64,000 bases of DNA from Candidatus Multivoradales bacterium (GCA_965248055.1 CBDFIJ010000004.1:3072001-3136000); one strand, 5' to 3'; positions 1 through 10,728 are shown, counted from the first letter of the stretch. Notes: generated from the letters alone by a model not told the origin. Numbers and translations are program-made.

Positions 1-108
1 CTCTGGGGTGCCCCTGAACCGGTGGTAGGCCCGATACTCACGCTATGGGTCGGCGGAGAACTGGTTCCCCGTTTCACCTACGGCCGGTCGGCTTCTGAGG
101 CGGGCCGA

Positions 109-138
109 AGGGTACTAGATGCAGTAGAGCTCTGTCAA
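109..138 (-). promoter_or_regulatory. Putative sigma70 promoter firing leftwards out of the window
   Basis: Minus strand TTGACA (138-133), 18 nt, TACCCT (114-109). Confidence 0.4.
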
Positions 139-142
139 CGCG

Positions 143-158
143 CCCCTATATCTTGGGG
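143..158. promoter_or_regulatory. NrdR-box-like 16-bp pseudo-palindrome
   Basis: CCCCTATATCTTGGGG resembles NrdR boxes (e.g. CCCCTATATATAGTGT type) and abuts the -35 above. Confidence 0.5.
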
Positions 159-163
159 TTGTC

Positions 164-230
164 TGTGGAAATGCTCTGTGACTTTCTTGTGCAAAAGAAC
201 CGCCCTGGTCAGTGGAAAACCTGTGGAAAA
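164..230. promoter_or_regulatory. Cluster of DnaA-box-like 9-mers
   Basis: TGTGGAAAT (164), TGTGCAAAA (188), AGTGGAAAA (211), TGTGGAAAA (222) versus consensus TGTGGATAA. Confidence 0.4.
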
Positions 231-489
231 GACCGCCGTGTTAGCGTCTAAGGGGGCACTTTTGCTGGCTTTATGTCGCCCGCTCTGTGGCTGGTTGGGC
301 TGAGGCAGGGAGTTTCACAGGCGCGCGAAAACCAACTGTTGACTGCCGGGGCGGCGCCGACTAGCGAGGGGGGTATTTGAGGCTGGCGCCCGGACTGACA
401 TCTGGACTGGTATCCAGATTGGCATCGAGATTGGACCCCGCGTCACCGTCATAGGCAGCGCCTCAGACTGGGCGTGAGAGGATCGCGGC

Positions 490-3400
490 ATGCAGTCGCT
501 GACCGCATTGCTCGAAGAGTTGGCCGAGGATCGCAAGCTCGGTCCGCAGTTGTCGACCCAACACATTTTGCCCGTTGAACCCGAACGCCTGGGGGAGTTC
601 CCAGCGGCGATCCCAGAGTCGTTGCGCGAGCTCTTGGCGGTGCATTCAATCGAGCAGCTTTACCGCCACCAACAGCAGGGTTTGGCGGCTGCGATGGCTG
701 GCGAAGACGTCTTGATCACCACTCCCACCGCGTCGGGCAAGTCCCTGATCTTTCAGTTGCCACCCTTGGCCGCGGAACTCAACGGGGAACCGGGAAGGGC
801 ATTGTATTTGTATCCGCTCAAGGCTCTGGGGCGGGATCAGGAAGCCAAGATTAGTGGGCTGGCGGCGGCGGCCGGATGCGATCCCGGTTGGGCTGCAGTC
901 TACGATGGTGACACAGCGAAATCGGAACGTAAGAAAATTCGTCAGCAGCCGCCCAGAGTGCTGATCACCAACCCGGACATGCTGCACTTGGGCATCTTGC
1001 CCTCGTGGCAGTCTTGGACGCCTTTTCTCGCCGAGCTACGCTGGATCGTGTTGGATGAGTTACACGCCTACCGAGGAGCTTTTGGCGCCCATCTGCACCA
1101 TGTGCTGTGGCGGTTGCAGCGGCTATGTCGCCAACTGGGGGCTGAGCCGCGCTTGATCGCTTCTTCGGCAACCGCCGCCAACGCTCTGGAGTTCGCCCAG
1201 ACGCTGGGTGGCCAAGCGTTGGCCGGGCGAGAATTTCGCTGGATCCAGGAATCTGGAGCTGCGCGCGAGCGCCGCCACATTGTGATCTTGGACCCGATTG
1301 GCAGTGCCTATACCGCGGCGGTAGACCTCACTGCGTTTCTCCTGGATCGGGGTTTGAAAACCATCGTCTTTACCAAGGCTCGCCGGGTGACCGAACTGCT
1401 CTACACCTGGCTGATCCGCCAGCGTCCTGATTTGGCTCCCCGAGTCAAGAACTACCGCTCGGGGTTCTTGGCTGGAGAGCGCCGGCAGATCGAGGCCGAC
1501 CTGTTCTCCGGCAAGTTGGATGGCGTGATCTCGACCTCGGCTCTGGAGCTAGGGATCGACGTGGGTGGTTTGGACGCCTGTGTGCTGGTCGGTTTTCCAG
1601 GCAGTGTGATGGCGACTTGGCAACGCTCGGGTCGGGTGGGCCGGGATGGTCGCGACTCGATCACCGCCTTGGTGCCGCTGCCCGACGCCCTGGATCGATA
1701 TTTTGTTGAGCATCCCCAGGAACTCACCACCCGGGCTTGCGAGCCCCTGGTGGTCGACATCGACAACCCACACGTGGTGCGAGCGCAATTGCTGTGTGCG
1801 GCGACCGAGGAGCCGTTAGCTCCGACCGAGGAATCGGACGCCTTGGGCCATCGGCAGCAGATCTTGGCCACCTTGACCGAAGAAAAGTTGCTCACTGAAG
1901 GTGAGGACGGGCGCTTGTACTCAACCCAAGCTCGACCGCACAACCAAGTCAGTCTGCGCGGTGGGGGAGACAGCTTCTTGGTGCTGGATTCGGCGCGCCA
2001 ACAGATCATCGGTACCCTCGACGGTATTCGACTACTGCGCGAAGGTCACCCCGGCGCGGTATACCTGCACGGCGGGCGGCAGTACCTAGTGCGCGAATTG
2101 GACTTCGATGGCAACCGGGTGCGTGGCGAACGGGTGGAGGTCAACTACTTCACCCAGCCGTTGACCGAAAAATGTACCGAGGTACTGGAGATCTTGGGAC
2201 ATCGCACAGAGGGCCTGTTGGAGGCGTGGCACGGTCGCTTGCGGGTCACCGAACGGGTGGTGGGATTCGAGCGGCGCAAGATCCAGGGTCGTGAGCTTCT
2301 GGATCGCCATGAATTGGAGCTGCCTCCGATGGTGGTGGAAACCGAAGGGTTATGGTGGCTAGCTCCAGCCAACGTGCAAGCTCACTTGGTCGAAGCTGGC
2401 TACCACTTCATGGGCGCTTTGCACGCGGCCGAGCACACCACGATCGGCTTGCTGCCTCTGTTTGCAGTTTGTGATCGCGGCGATCTTGGGGGAATCTCGA
2501 TTCCCCTCCACAGCCAAGTGCGCAGCGGGGCGGTGTTCGTCTACGACGGACACGCAGGGGGTGCGGGGATCACCGCTCGCGCCTTCGCCCAGTTGCCCGA
2601 GGTCTTGACCCGGGTGCGCGATCATTTGCAAAGCTGCACTTGTGAAGACGGCTGCCCCTCCTGTGTCCAATCGCCTAAATGCGGTAACGGCAATCGTCCT
2701 TTGGATAAGAAGGGCGCTGAGGACTTTCTCTCGCTGATCTTGGAGGGGTCACCAACGGAGCACGACCCTCCCGCGGTGCGGGTTGCGCCAGAATGGGAAG
2801 AACCAGCTTGGCAAGCGCCACCTCCTCCCGAGGACGTGGTGCGTTCCGGCAAGGTGATGTTCGATCTCGAATCACTCGCCGATGTCGGTACAACCAGGGG
2901 CGCCGCCTGGCTCTCCGATCTCGGTGAGCCAGCTCGTCAGGCAACGGCGACCGAACTGCACAAATTGGAATCGAACTTGGTCTTGAAGCCGGATCTGGTG
3001 AACGCGGCTCAAGGGCCGCCCCAAAGTTCTTCAGCAATCGCAACCCAGGCTGCTAACTTGCCGCCCCCGCGACCGCAGAATCCGCGCAAAACTCTGCTCT
3101 TCGACTTGGAAACCCAGAAATCAGCTGCTGACGTTGGAGGCTGGCAAAACATTCACCGCATGCGGGTGGCGATCGGCGTCAGCCTCGACCTGCAGCAAGG
3201 TGAGATGCGAGTGTTCAAGGAGGACCAAGTCGACGACTTGATCGAGCAGTTGGCCTCGGCGGACTTGGTGATTGGCTACAACATCATCCGCTTCGACTAT
3301 CTGGTGTTATCGGGCTATACCGGCGCTGCATACCATCGACTATGGCCGACGCTGGATCTCTATCAAGAGGTGTATCGGTCTTCTGGGATGAGGTTATCGA

Positions 3401-3618
3401 TGAACGCTCTGGCCCAAGAGACCTTGGGAGAGGGCAAATCGGCGAATGGCTTGACCAGCTTGCGCTGGGTGGCGGAGGGCAAGCTCGACAAGGTGACCGA
3501 ATACTGCCGTCGCGACGTCGAAGTGCTGCGTGATCTCTACCTCTACGGTCGTCGGATGGGATATTTGCTGGTGTCCGGTGAACACCACCAGCAGCTGCGA
3601 ATCCCGGTCGGCTGGTAG
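490..3618 (+). CDS. MrfA/YprA/SftH-type DEAH helicase (DUF1998 Zn domain) fused to a C-terminal RNase H-like DEDD exonuclease (MrfB/YprB-like)
   Basis: Walker A TPTASGKS, DELH, SAT, QRSGRVGR, CTCEDGCPSC; C-terminal FDLETQ...GYNIIRFD...YCRRDV. Confidence 0.88.
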   Translation: MQSLTALLEELAEDRKLGPQLSTQHILPVEPERLGEFPAAIPESLRELLAVHSIEQLYRHQQQGLAAAMAGEDVLITTPTASGKSLIFQLPPLAAELNGEPGRALYLYPLKALGRDQEAKISGLAAAAGCDPGWAAVYDGDTAKSERKKIRQQPPRVLITNPDMLHLGILPSWQSWTPFLAELRWIVLDELHAYRGAFGAHLHHVLWRLQRLCRQLGAEPRLIASSATAANALEFAQTLGGQALAGREFRWIQESGAARERRHIVILDPIGSAYTAAVDLTAFLLDRGLKTIVFTKARRVTELLYTWLIRQRPDLAPRVKNYRSGFLAGERRQIEADLFSGKLDGVISTSALELGIDVGGLDACVLVGFPGSVMATWQRSGRVGRDGRDSITALVPLPDALDRYFVEHPQELTTRACEPLVVDIDNPHVVRAQLLCAATEEPLAPTEESDALGHRQQILATLTEEKLLTEGEDGRLYSTQARPHNQVSLRGGGDSFLVLDSARQQIIGTLDGIRLLREGHPGAVYLHGGRQYLVRELDFDGNRVRGERVEVNYFTQPLTEKCTEVLEILGHRTEGLLEAWHGRLRVTERVVGFERRKIQGRELLDRHELELPPMVVETEGLWWLAPANVQAHLVEAGYHFMGALHAAEHTTIGLLPLFAVCDRGDLGGISIPLHSQVRSGAVFVYDGHAGGAGITARAFAQLPEVLTRVRDHLQSCTCEDGCPSCVQSPKCGNGNRPLDKKGAEDFLSLILEGSPTEHDPPAVRVAPEWEEPAWQAPPPPEDVVRSGKVMFDLESLADVGTTRGAAWLSDLGEPARQATATELHKLESNLVLKPDLVNAAQGPPQSSSAIATQAANLPPPRPQNPRKTLLFDLETQKSAADVGGWQNIHRMRVAIGVSLDLQQGEMRVFKEDQVDDLIEQLASADLVIGYNIIRFDYLVLSGYTGAAYHRLWPTLDLYQEVYRSSGMRLSMNALAQETLGEGKSANGLTSLRWVAEGKLDKVTEYCRRDVEVLRDLYLYGRRMGYLLVSGEHHQQLRIPVGW

Positions 3619-3749
3619 CTGCTCGGCTCATCAGCGCGCCACTCCCCGTGCCAAATTTTTGTGATGGTCTATGATGTCGTGGTGTTTCCTAGCTCGAATC
3701 CGATGCTTCTAGCCATCGATTCGATGACAAAACCAGAAGGAGGTCTCGG

Positions 3750-6734
3750 GTGATGAAGACGATGAAAGCCTTGGCAGGGTTGGTGGTGTTGGTGTGTGCG
3801 GGTGCAGCGTTCGGTCAATCTCAAGCGACCACTGGCGTGATCGAAGGCACGGTGGTGGACAACGCTGGCGGGGTGCTTCCCGGTGCGACGGTCAGCCTTA
3901 CCCAGACGGAAATCAACTATCAGGTCACTCAAGTGACCGATGCAGTCGGTCGTTTTCGCGCCGTGCTCCTACCCTTGGGTCCCTATCGGGTCGAGGCGGG
4001 CCTGGATGGCTATTCCGGCGCGGCACAGGAAGGTTTGCAGGTGACGGTTGGAGCTACGGTCGCCATTCGCATGACGCTGTCCCCAGGAATCTCGGAAGAG
4101 ATCGTGGTGACTACCGACGCGCCGTTGCTGGAAACCCGACGATCCCAGAATTCGGTTTTGTTCGGCCAAGACGAAGTCGAGAACTTGCCCAACTTGGGCC
4201 GCGACTATCTCAACTACACCAAGTTGACCCCGGGCGTGGCGATTGTCCAGGGTCCTGACGGCGACGAGCTGACGATCAACGGCCAGAAGGGAATTCAGAA
4301 CAACATCTCGGTTGACGGTGCGGATTTCAACAATCCGTTTTTTGGCGAGCAGCGCGGCGGACAACGGCCAGCGTTTACTTTCAATATGGACGCGGTGCAG
4401 GAGTTTGTGGTGATCGCCGACGGCGCCTCGGCCGAGTTTGGACGCTCATCGGGAGGCTTCGTCAACGTGATTACCAAATCGGGTACCAACAACCTGCAAG
4501 GTACGGCGAACTTGTTCTTCTTCAACGACAGTATGTCGACCGAGGCTGAGCGTTCCGATGGCAGCAAGGAACTCAAAGGCGATGCCGATCGTCTACAAGC
4601 TGGTTTCACCATCGGCGGCCCGGTGCGCAACGACGAGGTCTTTTTCTTCGCCGCGGTTGACACCCAGTCGGCAGAGCAGACCAAGCAGAATGACCCAACG
4701 CGCATCGAGCCTCGGGTGTTAGAAGCCTTGGCACGTTTCGGGGCCACCGGAGAGAATCTGCCGATTACTCGAACCGATGATGCGTTGGTTGCCTTGGGCA
4801 AGATCGACTGGCGGGCCAACCCCGCACAGTTGTTCACCGCCAAGGTCAACTACACCGACTCGGAGCAGGTCAATGGCACCTTCGACGTGGATTCCTGGGG
4901 TCGATCGGCCAACGCCATTGAAGCTGACGACTCGATCGCCATCAACGGCTCGTTGATTTCGACTCTCTCCTCTAGCAAACTCAATGAGTTCCGTTTTCAG
5001 TGGGCTAAGGAGAATCGACCGCGGCCATACGACGGACCGATTAACCCAGCCACCAACCGTCCATTGCCCGATACCGCATTTGATTTTGGCAATGGCTATC
5101 GCTTTGGCATGCCGTTTTTCATCCCGGTGGACTACTTCGACACGCGCGTTCAGTTGAACGAGAATTTGACCCTGTTGCGCGGCGACCACACCTTCAAGGC
5201 CGGCTTGGAGTTCAACCGCACTGATTCAACGCAGACCTTCATTGGTTTCGCCAATGGTCGAGTGATCTTTGGTTCCACCGATGGTTTTCTCAACTACATC
5301 GACAATCCAGACTATGTGGAGTGTTCTGACGGTAGCTCCTCGCAAACCGGGGTTTGTCCTCCGGGCAGCTCTCCTGTGGGCCCGGTGTTGCTCTACCTGC
5401 AACAGGTGGGGGTGGGCGGCCTCAGCGTTGAAGATGCCGGCACGCAGAGCATTGTGCAGGACGAGCCGGCGTTGTTTTTTCAAGACACTTGGCAGCCGCG
5501 CGCAGACCTGACGGTGTCGTATGGCCTACGTTGGGAAGCCATGATTATGCCCAACATGCTCACTTCTCCCAATGATGTTTTCTACGCCCCGTTTATCGGC
5601 CAGACAGTGAACACCGCTGCTGGACCACAGGTCTTCCCGTCGGACGGGACGATTCCGGATGACATGGACAACTTCCAGCCGCGAGTCTCGATCGCCTGGG
5701 ATCCCAAGGGCGATGGCAGTCAGGTGGTGCGAGCCAGTGCCGGGGTCTACAACGCCCGGGTGCCAGGTCTCGCGCTGGCGGGTGCTCGCAACACCAACGG
5801 CAGCATCGGCCAGAGTCTGTTCCGTAACAGTGAATTGACATTCTTGGGGCCAGTTCCCGCTTTTGGCGAGATCATCGATCCGGCGTCTGTCGGCGATCCG
5901 TTCTTCCCGGGCGTGACCGTTTTCGACAAGGACTTCGAACTGCCGGAAACCACCACCGTTGCCCTGGCGTACGAGCGGCAGGTGGCCCCCAACACCACAG
6001 TGATGGCTAAGTACAATTACGCCAAGGGCGACAACCTAACGCGCTATACCGATGGCAACGATCCACTCTTGGGGTCTCCTTGGGGTGCGGGTCTGGCTCC
6101 TTTCGGGATCAACGGAATCGGTGTTCTTACCGTGGTTGAGTCGACCGCTGAGAGTAAGTACTCCGGGGTAACCGTGGGCGCCAACCATCAGGGCGAGCGT
6201 TTCCAGATCGAAGGGTTCTACACCTATTCCAAGGACAAGTCCGACGACGACAATGAACGTGACCCGTTCTCGTTTCGCTACGCCAAGATCACTGATTTGG
6301 ACGCAGAGTGGGGCTACTCAGACCGAGATCAACGCGATCGCATCAACCTGTGGGCTCAGTGGCAGGCACCCAAGGACATCCATGTCAGCTTTCTCTATCA
6401 GTACCGGTCGCCGCAGCCGAAGTCGATTACCGAGACCGGTGCTGACGCCGGGACCCCGCAGGCTCGAATCAATGCCGACGGTTCGGTGACCCGGCGCAAC
6501 TTGGGCCGCAAGGACAATCGGATCACCCGTTTTGACTTGCGGGTGGGCCGCGAGTTTCAGGTTAACGATGGGGTTTCGATCGAAGGGATCTTCGAGATTT
6601 TCAACCTTTTCAATGGTCGCAATCCTAGGTCTCCAGAGGTCACCAACCTGATCTTTAACTTCGACGGAACGGTAACCAGTGGCTTAGGTGAACCACGCCA
6701 GATGCAGCTCGGACTGCGCTTGCGTTGGAACTGA
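3750..6734 (+). CDS. TonB-dependent receptor, Oar-like, with carboxypeptidase-regulatory N-domain
   Basis: Signal peptide, GVIEGTVVD..GGVLPGATV, plug SAEFGRSSGG.VNVITKSGTN, C-terminal PRQMQLGLRLRW beta-signal. Confidence 0.92.
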   Translation: MMKTMKALAGLVVLVCAGAAFGQSQATTGVIEGTVVDNAGGVLPGATVSLTQTEINYQVTQVTDAVGRFRAVLLPLGPYRVEAGLDGYSGAAQEGLQVTVGATVAIRMTLSPGISEEIVVTTDAPLLETRRSQNSVLFGQDEVENLPNLGRDYLNYTKLTPGVAIVQGPDGDELTINGQKGIQNNISVDGADFNNPFFGEQRGGQRPAFTFNMDAVQEFVVIADGASAEFGRSSGGFVNVITKSGTNNLQGTANLFFFNDSMSTEAERSDGSKELKGDADRLQAGFTIGGPVRNDEVFFFAAVDTQSAEQTKQNDPTRIEPRVLEALARFGATGENLPITRTDDALVALGKIDWRANPAQLFTAKVNYTDSEQVNGTFDVDSWGRSANAIEADDSIAINGSLISTLSSSKLNEFRFQWAKENRPRPYDGPINPATNRPLPDTAFDFGNGYRFGMPFFIPVDYFDTRVQLNENLTLLRGDHTFKAGLEFNRTDSTQTFIGFANGRVIFGSTDGFLNYIDNPDYVECSDGSSSQTGVCPPGSSPVGPVLLYLQQVGVGGLSVEDAGTQSIVQDEPALFFQDTWQPRADLTVSYGLRWEAMIMPNMLTSPNDVFYAPFIGQTVNTAAGPQVFPSDGTIPDDMDNFQPRVSIAWDPKGDGSQVVRASAGVYNARVPGLALAGARNTNGSIGQSLFRNSELTFLGPVPAFGEIIDPASVGDPFFPGVTVFDKDFELPETTTVALAYERQVAPNTTVMAKYNYAKGDNLTRYTDGNDPLLGSPWGAGLAPFGINGIGVLTVVESTAESKYSGVTVGANHQGERFQIEGFYTYSKDKSDDDNERDPFSFRYAKITDLDAEWGYSDRDQRDRINLWAQWQAPKDIHVSFLYQYRSPQPKSITETGADAGTPQARINADGSVTRRNLGRKDNRITRFDLRVGREFQVNDGVSIEGIFEIFNLFNGRNPRSPEVTNLIFNFDGTVTSGLGEPRQMQLGLRLRWN

Positions 6735-6757
6735 ACCAAGTAACTATCGATGACCAG

Positions 6758-6786
6758 CGCCCCGCCCTTGCGGCGGGGCGTTTTTT
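6758..6786 (+). terminator. Rho-independent terminator
   Basis: CGCCCCGCC-cttgc-GGCGGGGCG followed by T6. Confidence 0.85.
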
Positions 6787-6933
6787 CTTGCATAGGACTC
6801 TTCCGTTATCGATTGAAATCCGATCGGGCGACTGACAACGTAGGATTGGCTCGCGGACTGGTCAAGGGCCCCGGTCAGTGATCTAGGTAGACGAAGAGCA
6901 ACTGGCAGAAAGGAAAACCGCAGAAGGAAAACC

Positions 6934-7692
6934 ATGTACAACTCGATCAACGACCGGCGCCTACTCTCCGGCCCAGAACGCCGCAGCTCCGAACTGATGC
7001 GCGGCTTACGGATCTTCCGCGAGTTCATGCGCGCGGTGCGCAAGCTGCACTTCGTCGGCCCCTGTGTAACCGTTTTCGGTTCTGCCCGCACCAAACCTGA
7101 GGACCCCTACTACCAAATGGCTCGCCAAGTGGGAGCCGAGTTGTCTGAGCGCGGGTTTACCACCATGACCGGTGGTGGTCCTGGGATCATGGAAGCTGCC
7201 AATCGGGGTGCCAAGGAAGGGGGTGGAGTGTCAGTGGGCTGTAACATCGAACTGCCATTCGAGCAAAGCGGCAACCCGTACGTCGACATCTCGGTCAATT
7301 TTCGTTACTTCTTCGTGCGCAAGGTGATGCTGGTGAAATATTCATATGGCTTTGTGGTGATGCCCGGAGGCTTCGGCACCATGGATGAGATCTTTGAAAC
7401 CGCTACCCTGATCCAGACCGCCAAGATCCGGGATTTTCCGATTGTGGTGATGGGAGAAGCCTATTGGGATGAGATGTTCGATTTCATTCAGCGGCGGATG
7501 ATCCTTCAAGGAACCATCAATGAGAGCGATATCGACCTTTTCTACGTTACCGACTCCCCAAGCGACGCAGCAGAACACTTACTCCAGGTAGCCAAAGCCA
7601 AACACGGCATCGAAGAACGGTGGGCGCCCAAGCCGACTTGGATGCTGGGGGAAAAAGGGCAAAGAAGAGTCAAAATATCGGCTGTGCGTTAG
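6934..7692 (+). CDS. LOG family nucleotide monophosphate phosphoribohydrolase (TIGR00730-type)
   Basis: VFGSAR, TGGGPGIMEAANRGA, RKVMLVKYS, PGGFGTMDE motifs. Confidence 0.9.
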   Translation: MYNSINDRRLLSGPERRSSELMRGLRIFREFMRAVRKLHFVGPCVTVFGSARTKPEDPYYQMARQVGAELSERGFTTMTGGGPGIMEAANRGAKEGGGVSVGCNIELPFEQSGNPYVDISVNFRYFFVRKVMLVKYSYGFVVMPGGFGTMDEIFETATLIQTAKIRDFPIVVMGEAYWDEMFDFIQRRMILQGTINESDIDLFYVTDSPSDAAEHLLQVAKAKHGIEERWAPKPTWMLGEKGQRRVKISAVR

Positions 7693-7791
7693 CAACCGGG
7701 AGCAATCCCCAGTGGTATTTCGATACACTCTCTTGTGAAATGGCTACTTGGGCGAGAGTCTGGACTCGCTGTATCAAGAGGGAGGGTTGAG

Positions 7792-9840
7792 GTGAAGGGC
7801 ACTAAATTTTTGCTGGCGGGGATGGCCGTTATGCTATCTAGCGCTGCCATTCCCGCAGACGATCTAACGAGCAAGATTGGCGCACTCAATACCCCGACCG
7901 TCGCTGGAGAACTCCCGGGCCTCGAATCCTTACAGCTGGGTCGGGGGCGCATGACTTTGTCCGCCGGAACCAAGGCCTACAGTTTGACCGCCGGAGACCG
8001 TCCGTGCGGTGTATGGATCAATGGACCTGCTCGTTTCACTTATCGAGTGGAGGATCCATTATCGGTTCCCTTGGCAAAACGCAATCTAGAGACCGGCAAA
8101 GGCCTGCACTGGCGGCTTGACGGCGACGCCGTGGAATTATCGATCGACTTGCAGGAGGCGGTGGTTTGGAGCTTCTCTGGTTTTGGTGAGGTGGATGTCA
8201 ATCCTGAGGGCCTCACTTTTTCACCCTGGGCGTCAACTCTTCTTGAGAGTGAATTTTTGGATATTCCAGGGACGGAGATGTTGGTCGCTGGCGCGCCGGA
8301 CCTCACATCAAGCCTGGCTTGGCTGCGGGGGGATACCCAGGAGTTCCAGCTCAATGTGGACCCATTTGAGTCGGGGCTGGAGTCACTGTATTGGTTGCGA
8401 GAATTGAAAGGGCAGATGTGGGGGACCTTCCAGGGTGAGAAGGTACCGGTTGTTCAGCTGAATCAACCGGTTGGTCGGGATTGGCGCGACACGATGAAAC
8501 CTCTGTGGACTATTGAGCGACTCGCGACGGAGGTTAAAAATCCGCAGGCCGAACGGCTAGAAATTAGCGCCAAGTTTGTCTTGCGTTCCAATCGCCAGGG
8601 CCAGTCGATTTGGCGCGGTTATCTTCCCTCGGCTCTGTATGACAATCGCCGTAACCGTCATTCCGTAGATGTAGAACACGTCACGATCGAGGGCTCTGCT
8701 GCCGATTTCAGTCATCGCAACGGCGAGCTTCTAGTGGATTTTGGAAGGTCCCTGGCGTTGGATGAGCGGGTAATGGTTGAGCTCCGCTACGTGGGCGATA
8801 TTGCGATTCGTCCCCAGAACAAGAGCTACTATCGCTTGGACCCAGGAATTTTGTTTCCCGGTGGAGTTGATGAGCTTGCGGGGGCGTTTCAACTTACCTT
8901 GGACGTTCCTGAATCGTTAACTCCCATGGCATCCGGGCGCGAAATTTTGCGCCAAACGTCCGGCGGTCGAACGGTCTTACGCACTCAGAGCGAGTTGCCT
9001 GGCAATTTTCCGACCGTTGTCGTGGGTGACTACCATCTCTATGACGTGACTGTCGGTGATAGAAGCTGTCGCGTCGCTGCTCATGTATTCAAACAAGAGA
9101 AATCGGCGCAAAAAGTGGGTAAGTTGGTTCTGGCTACCCAGGATTATTTGGCACAACTGTTTGCGACCGACTACCCCTACCAGCAACTGGTGATTGTAGA
9201 AATTGATTCGTGGGGATGGGGCCAGGCTCCAGACGGTGTTATCTACATTACCAACGAGGCTTTTTCGCCGATTGGCACCGCCCTCGAAACTCCCGGCGCA
9301 ACCTCGATCGGGATCAACGCCAGGCTGGTTCACGAAGTAGCACATGGGTGGTGGGGTGGCGTGGTTCTGCCCGACAGCGAGAACGCATGGATTATTGAAG
9401 GCTTGGCAGAGTACTCGGCAGCTCTGGCAATGCGCAACTTTGTTGGCGAGAAAGGCGCTAAGGAGTTCCGGACAACCTTGCAGGGATGGTTTCAGGTTGC
9501 CAAGCGCATCGAGGATGGAGCGACTTTACACATGGTCTCTCAACTCTCAGGTTGGGATCCCAAGGCTGGCGGTGACTCGTGGCGGCTTCGATACGCAAAA
9601 GCTCCGGTGGTGTTCCATGCCATCAGGCAAGAACTCGTCCGGTCGAAGGGCGGCAAAGAAAAGGGAGATCAGATGTTTGTGGTTTTTCTACGGGCACTTC
9701 TCACGCATTTTCAGGCGCAACCACTGCACACCCAAGACTTGGTTGATGTCATTAACCAGATCTCCGGCGATGACTGGCAACCCTGGTTCGACAAGTATGT
9801 CTACGGAACCGAGCTTCCCGAGATAGATCTGGATTCCTAA
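7792..9840 (+). CDS. Secreted M1-family (gluzincin) metallopeptidase
   Basis: HEVAHGWWG plus downstream EGLAEY; signal peptide after GTG at 7792 with GGAGG upstream (ORF open from 7735). Confidence 0.8.
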   Translation: MKGTKFLLAGMAVMLSSAAIPADDLTSKIGALNTPTVAGELPGLESLQLGRGRMTLSAGTKAYSLTAGDRPCGVWINGPARFTYRVEDPLSVPLAKRNLETGKGLHWRLDGDAVELSIDLQEAVVWSFSGFGEVDVNPEGLTFSPWASTLLESEFLDIPGTEMLVAGAPDLTSSLAWLRGDTQEFQLNVDPFESGLESLYWLRELKGQMWGTFQGEKVPVVQLNQPVGRDWRDTMKPLWTIERLATEVKNPQAERLEISAKFVLRSNRQGQSIWRGYLPSALYDNRRNRHSVDVEHVTIEGSAADFSHRNGELLVDFGRSLALDERVMVELRYVGDIAIRPQNKSYYRLDPGILFPGGVDELAGAFQLTLDVPESLTPMASGREILRQTSGGRTVLRTQSELPGNFPTVVVGDYHLYDVTVGDRSCRVAAHVFKQEKSAQKVGKLVLATQDYLAQLFATDYPYQQLVIVEIDSWGWGQAPDGVIYITNEAFSPIGTALETPGATSIGINARLVHEVAHGWWGGVVLPDSENAWIIEGLAEYSAALAMRNFVGEKGAKEFRTTLQGWFQVAKRIEDGATLHMVSQLSGWDPKAGGDSWRLRYAKAPVVFHAIRQELVRSKGGKEKGDQMFVVFLRALLTHFQAQPLHTQDLVDVINQISGDDWQPWFDKYVYGTELPEIDLDS

Positions 9841-10572
9841 CTAGAGGTTGCTGTTCGCCGCTGGGGTGTCGGTGGTGGTGACGTTGAAGGGGCGACACCA
9901 GCGCTCTTTGCGCCGCTCTAGGTCGCGTTTGACTGCTGCTTTGAATGTGCGGGAGTCTTTGTTCGCGTCAATCGCGGCCTGGTAGTGCTGCAGGTCCATT
10001 ACTTCCAGGGTCATCTCCAGGCGCTTGAACAGGCGCGGCAGGTGCTGCCCAGGAACTTGGACGTGATGCAAGCCGCCGGCGTAGCCAAACAGAATTCGTC
10101 CTTCGTCGATGCCGCGAATGATGTCGGCAACCCCACCGCGCACACTCATCGGGCGACCGTGGGAGTCGAGGCCGTCGGCTCGCTTCATGCGTCCCTCGGG
10201 CAAGATCAACATCATCGATTCGGGGTCGTCAATGCGAACCAGCACCTGTCTCCAGGTCTCGTCTGGCCGCCGTGTGATCGGGACTACGTGCTGAGCCAGC
10301 AGCGAGAAGAACTTGCCGACGATTGGTCTCTTGAGAGTCTTGTCGGCCGCTGGGACCACCCCGTGGCCGGCGATTCTCCACAACATCTTGATCGGCAGCA
10401 TGCCTGTGTAGAGCCACTCAAACAGGCTGGTGTGGTTGAGGAAAACGATTAAGCGCAGGTGATCCCAAGGGTCGCTCGGTACCTCGCCAACCCGGCGCAC
10501 CGCGAAGCGGTAAAACAGGCGGGCAAAGATTTTGGCCTTGAGCAGGACGAGGAAGATGAAGTATTTCTTCAT
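9841..10572 (-). CDS. PlsC-family acyltransferase
   Basis: NHTSLFE (NHxxxxD/E) and LPEGRM motifs. Confidence 0.78.
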   Translation of the reverse strand: MKKYFIFLVLLKAKIFARLFYRFAVRRVGEVPSDPWDHLRLIVFLNHTSLFEWLYTGMLPIKMLWRIAGHGVVPAADKTLKRPIVGKFFSLLAQHVVPITRRPDETWRQVLVRIDDPESMMLILPEGRMKRADGLDSHGRPMSVRGGVADIIRGIDEGRILFGYAGGLHHVQVPGQHLPRLFKRLEMTLEVMDLQHYQAAIDANKDSRTFKAAVKRDLERRKERWCRPFNVTTTDTPAANSNL

Positions 10573-10628
10573 AGGGGTGAAGGGCCTTGTGGCAGGTGCA
10601 TTTTTATCATGGCGCGGTCACCGAGGCA

Positions 10629-10685
10629 GAAGAGGGGGACACAAACAAGAGAAGAGGGGGACACAAACAAAGTATTGTGTCCCCC
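10629..10685. repeat. GGGGACAC...GTGTCCCC short inverted-repeat element with duplicated left arm
   Basis: GGGGACACAAACAAAGTATTGTGTCCCC, same core at ~14014 and ~19090. Confidence 0.75.
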
Positions 10686-10728
10686 AGATATGTTCCTCAC
10701 ACCAAGGTACCCGAGATAACATCCCCAC

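Noticed and set aside
22-649. Short ORFs at the window start and the many antisense ORFs inside long genes
   Set aside because: No recognisable motifs; expected shadow ORFs in GC-rich DNA
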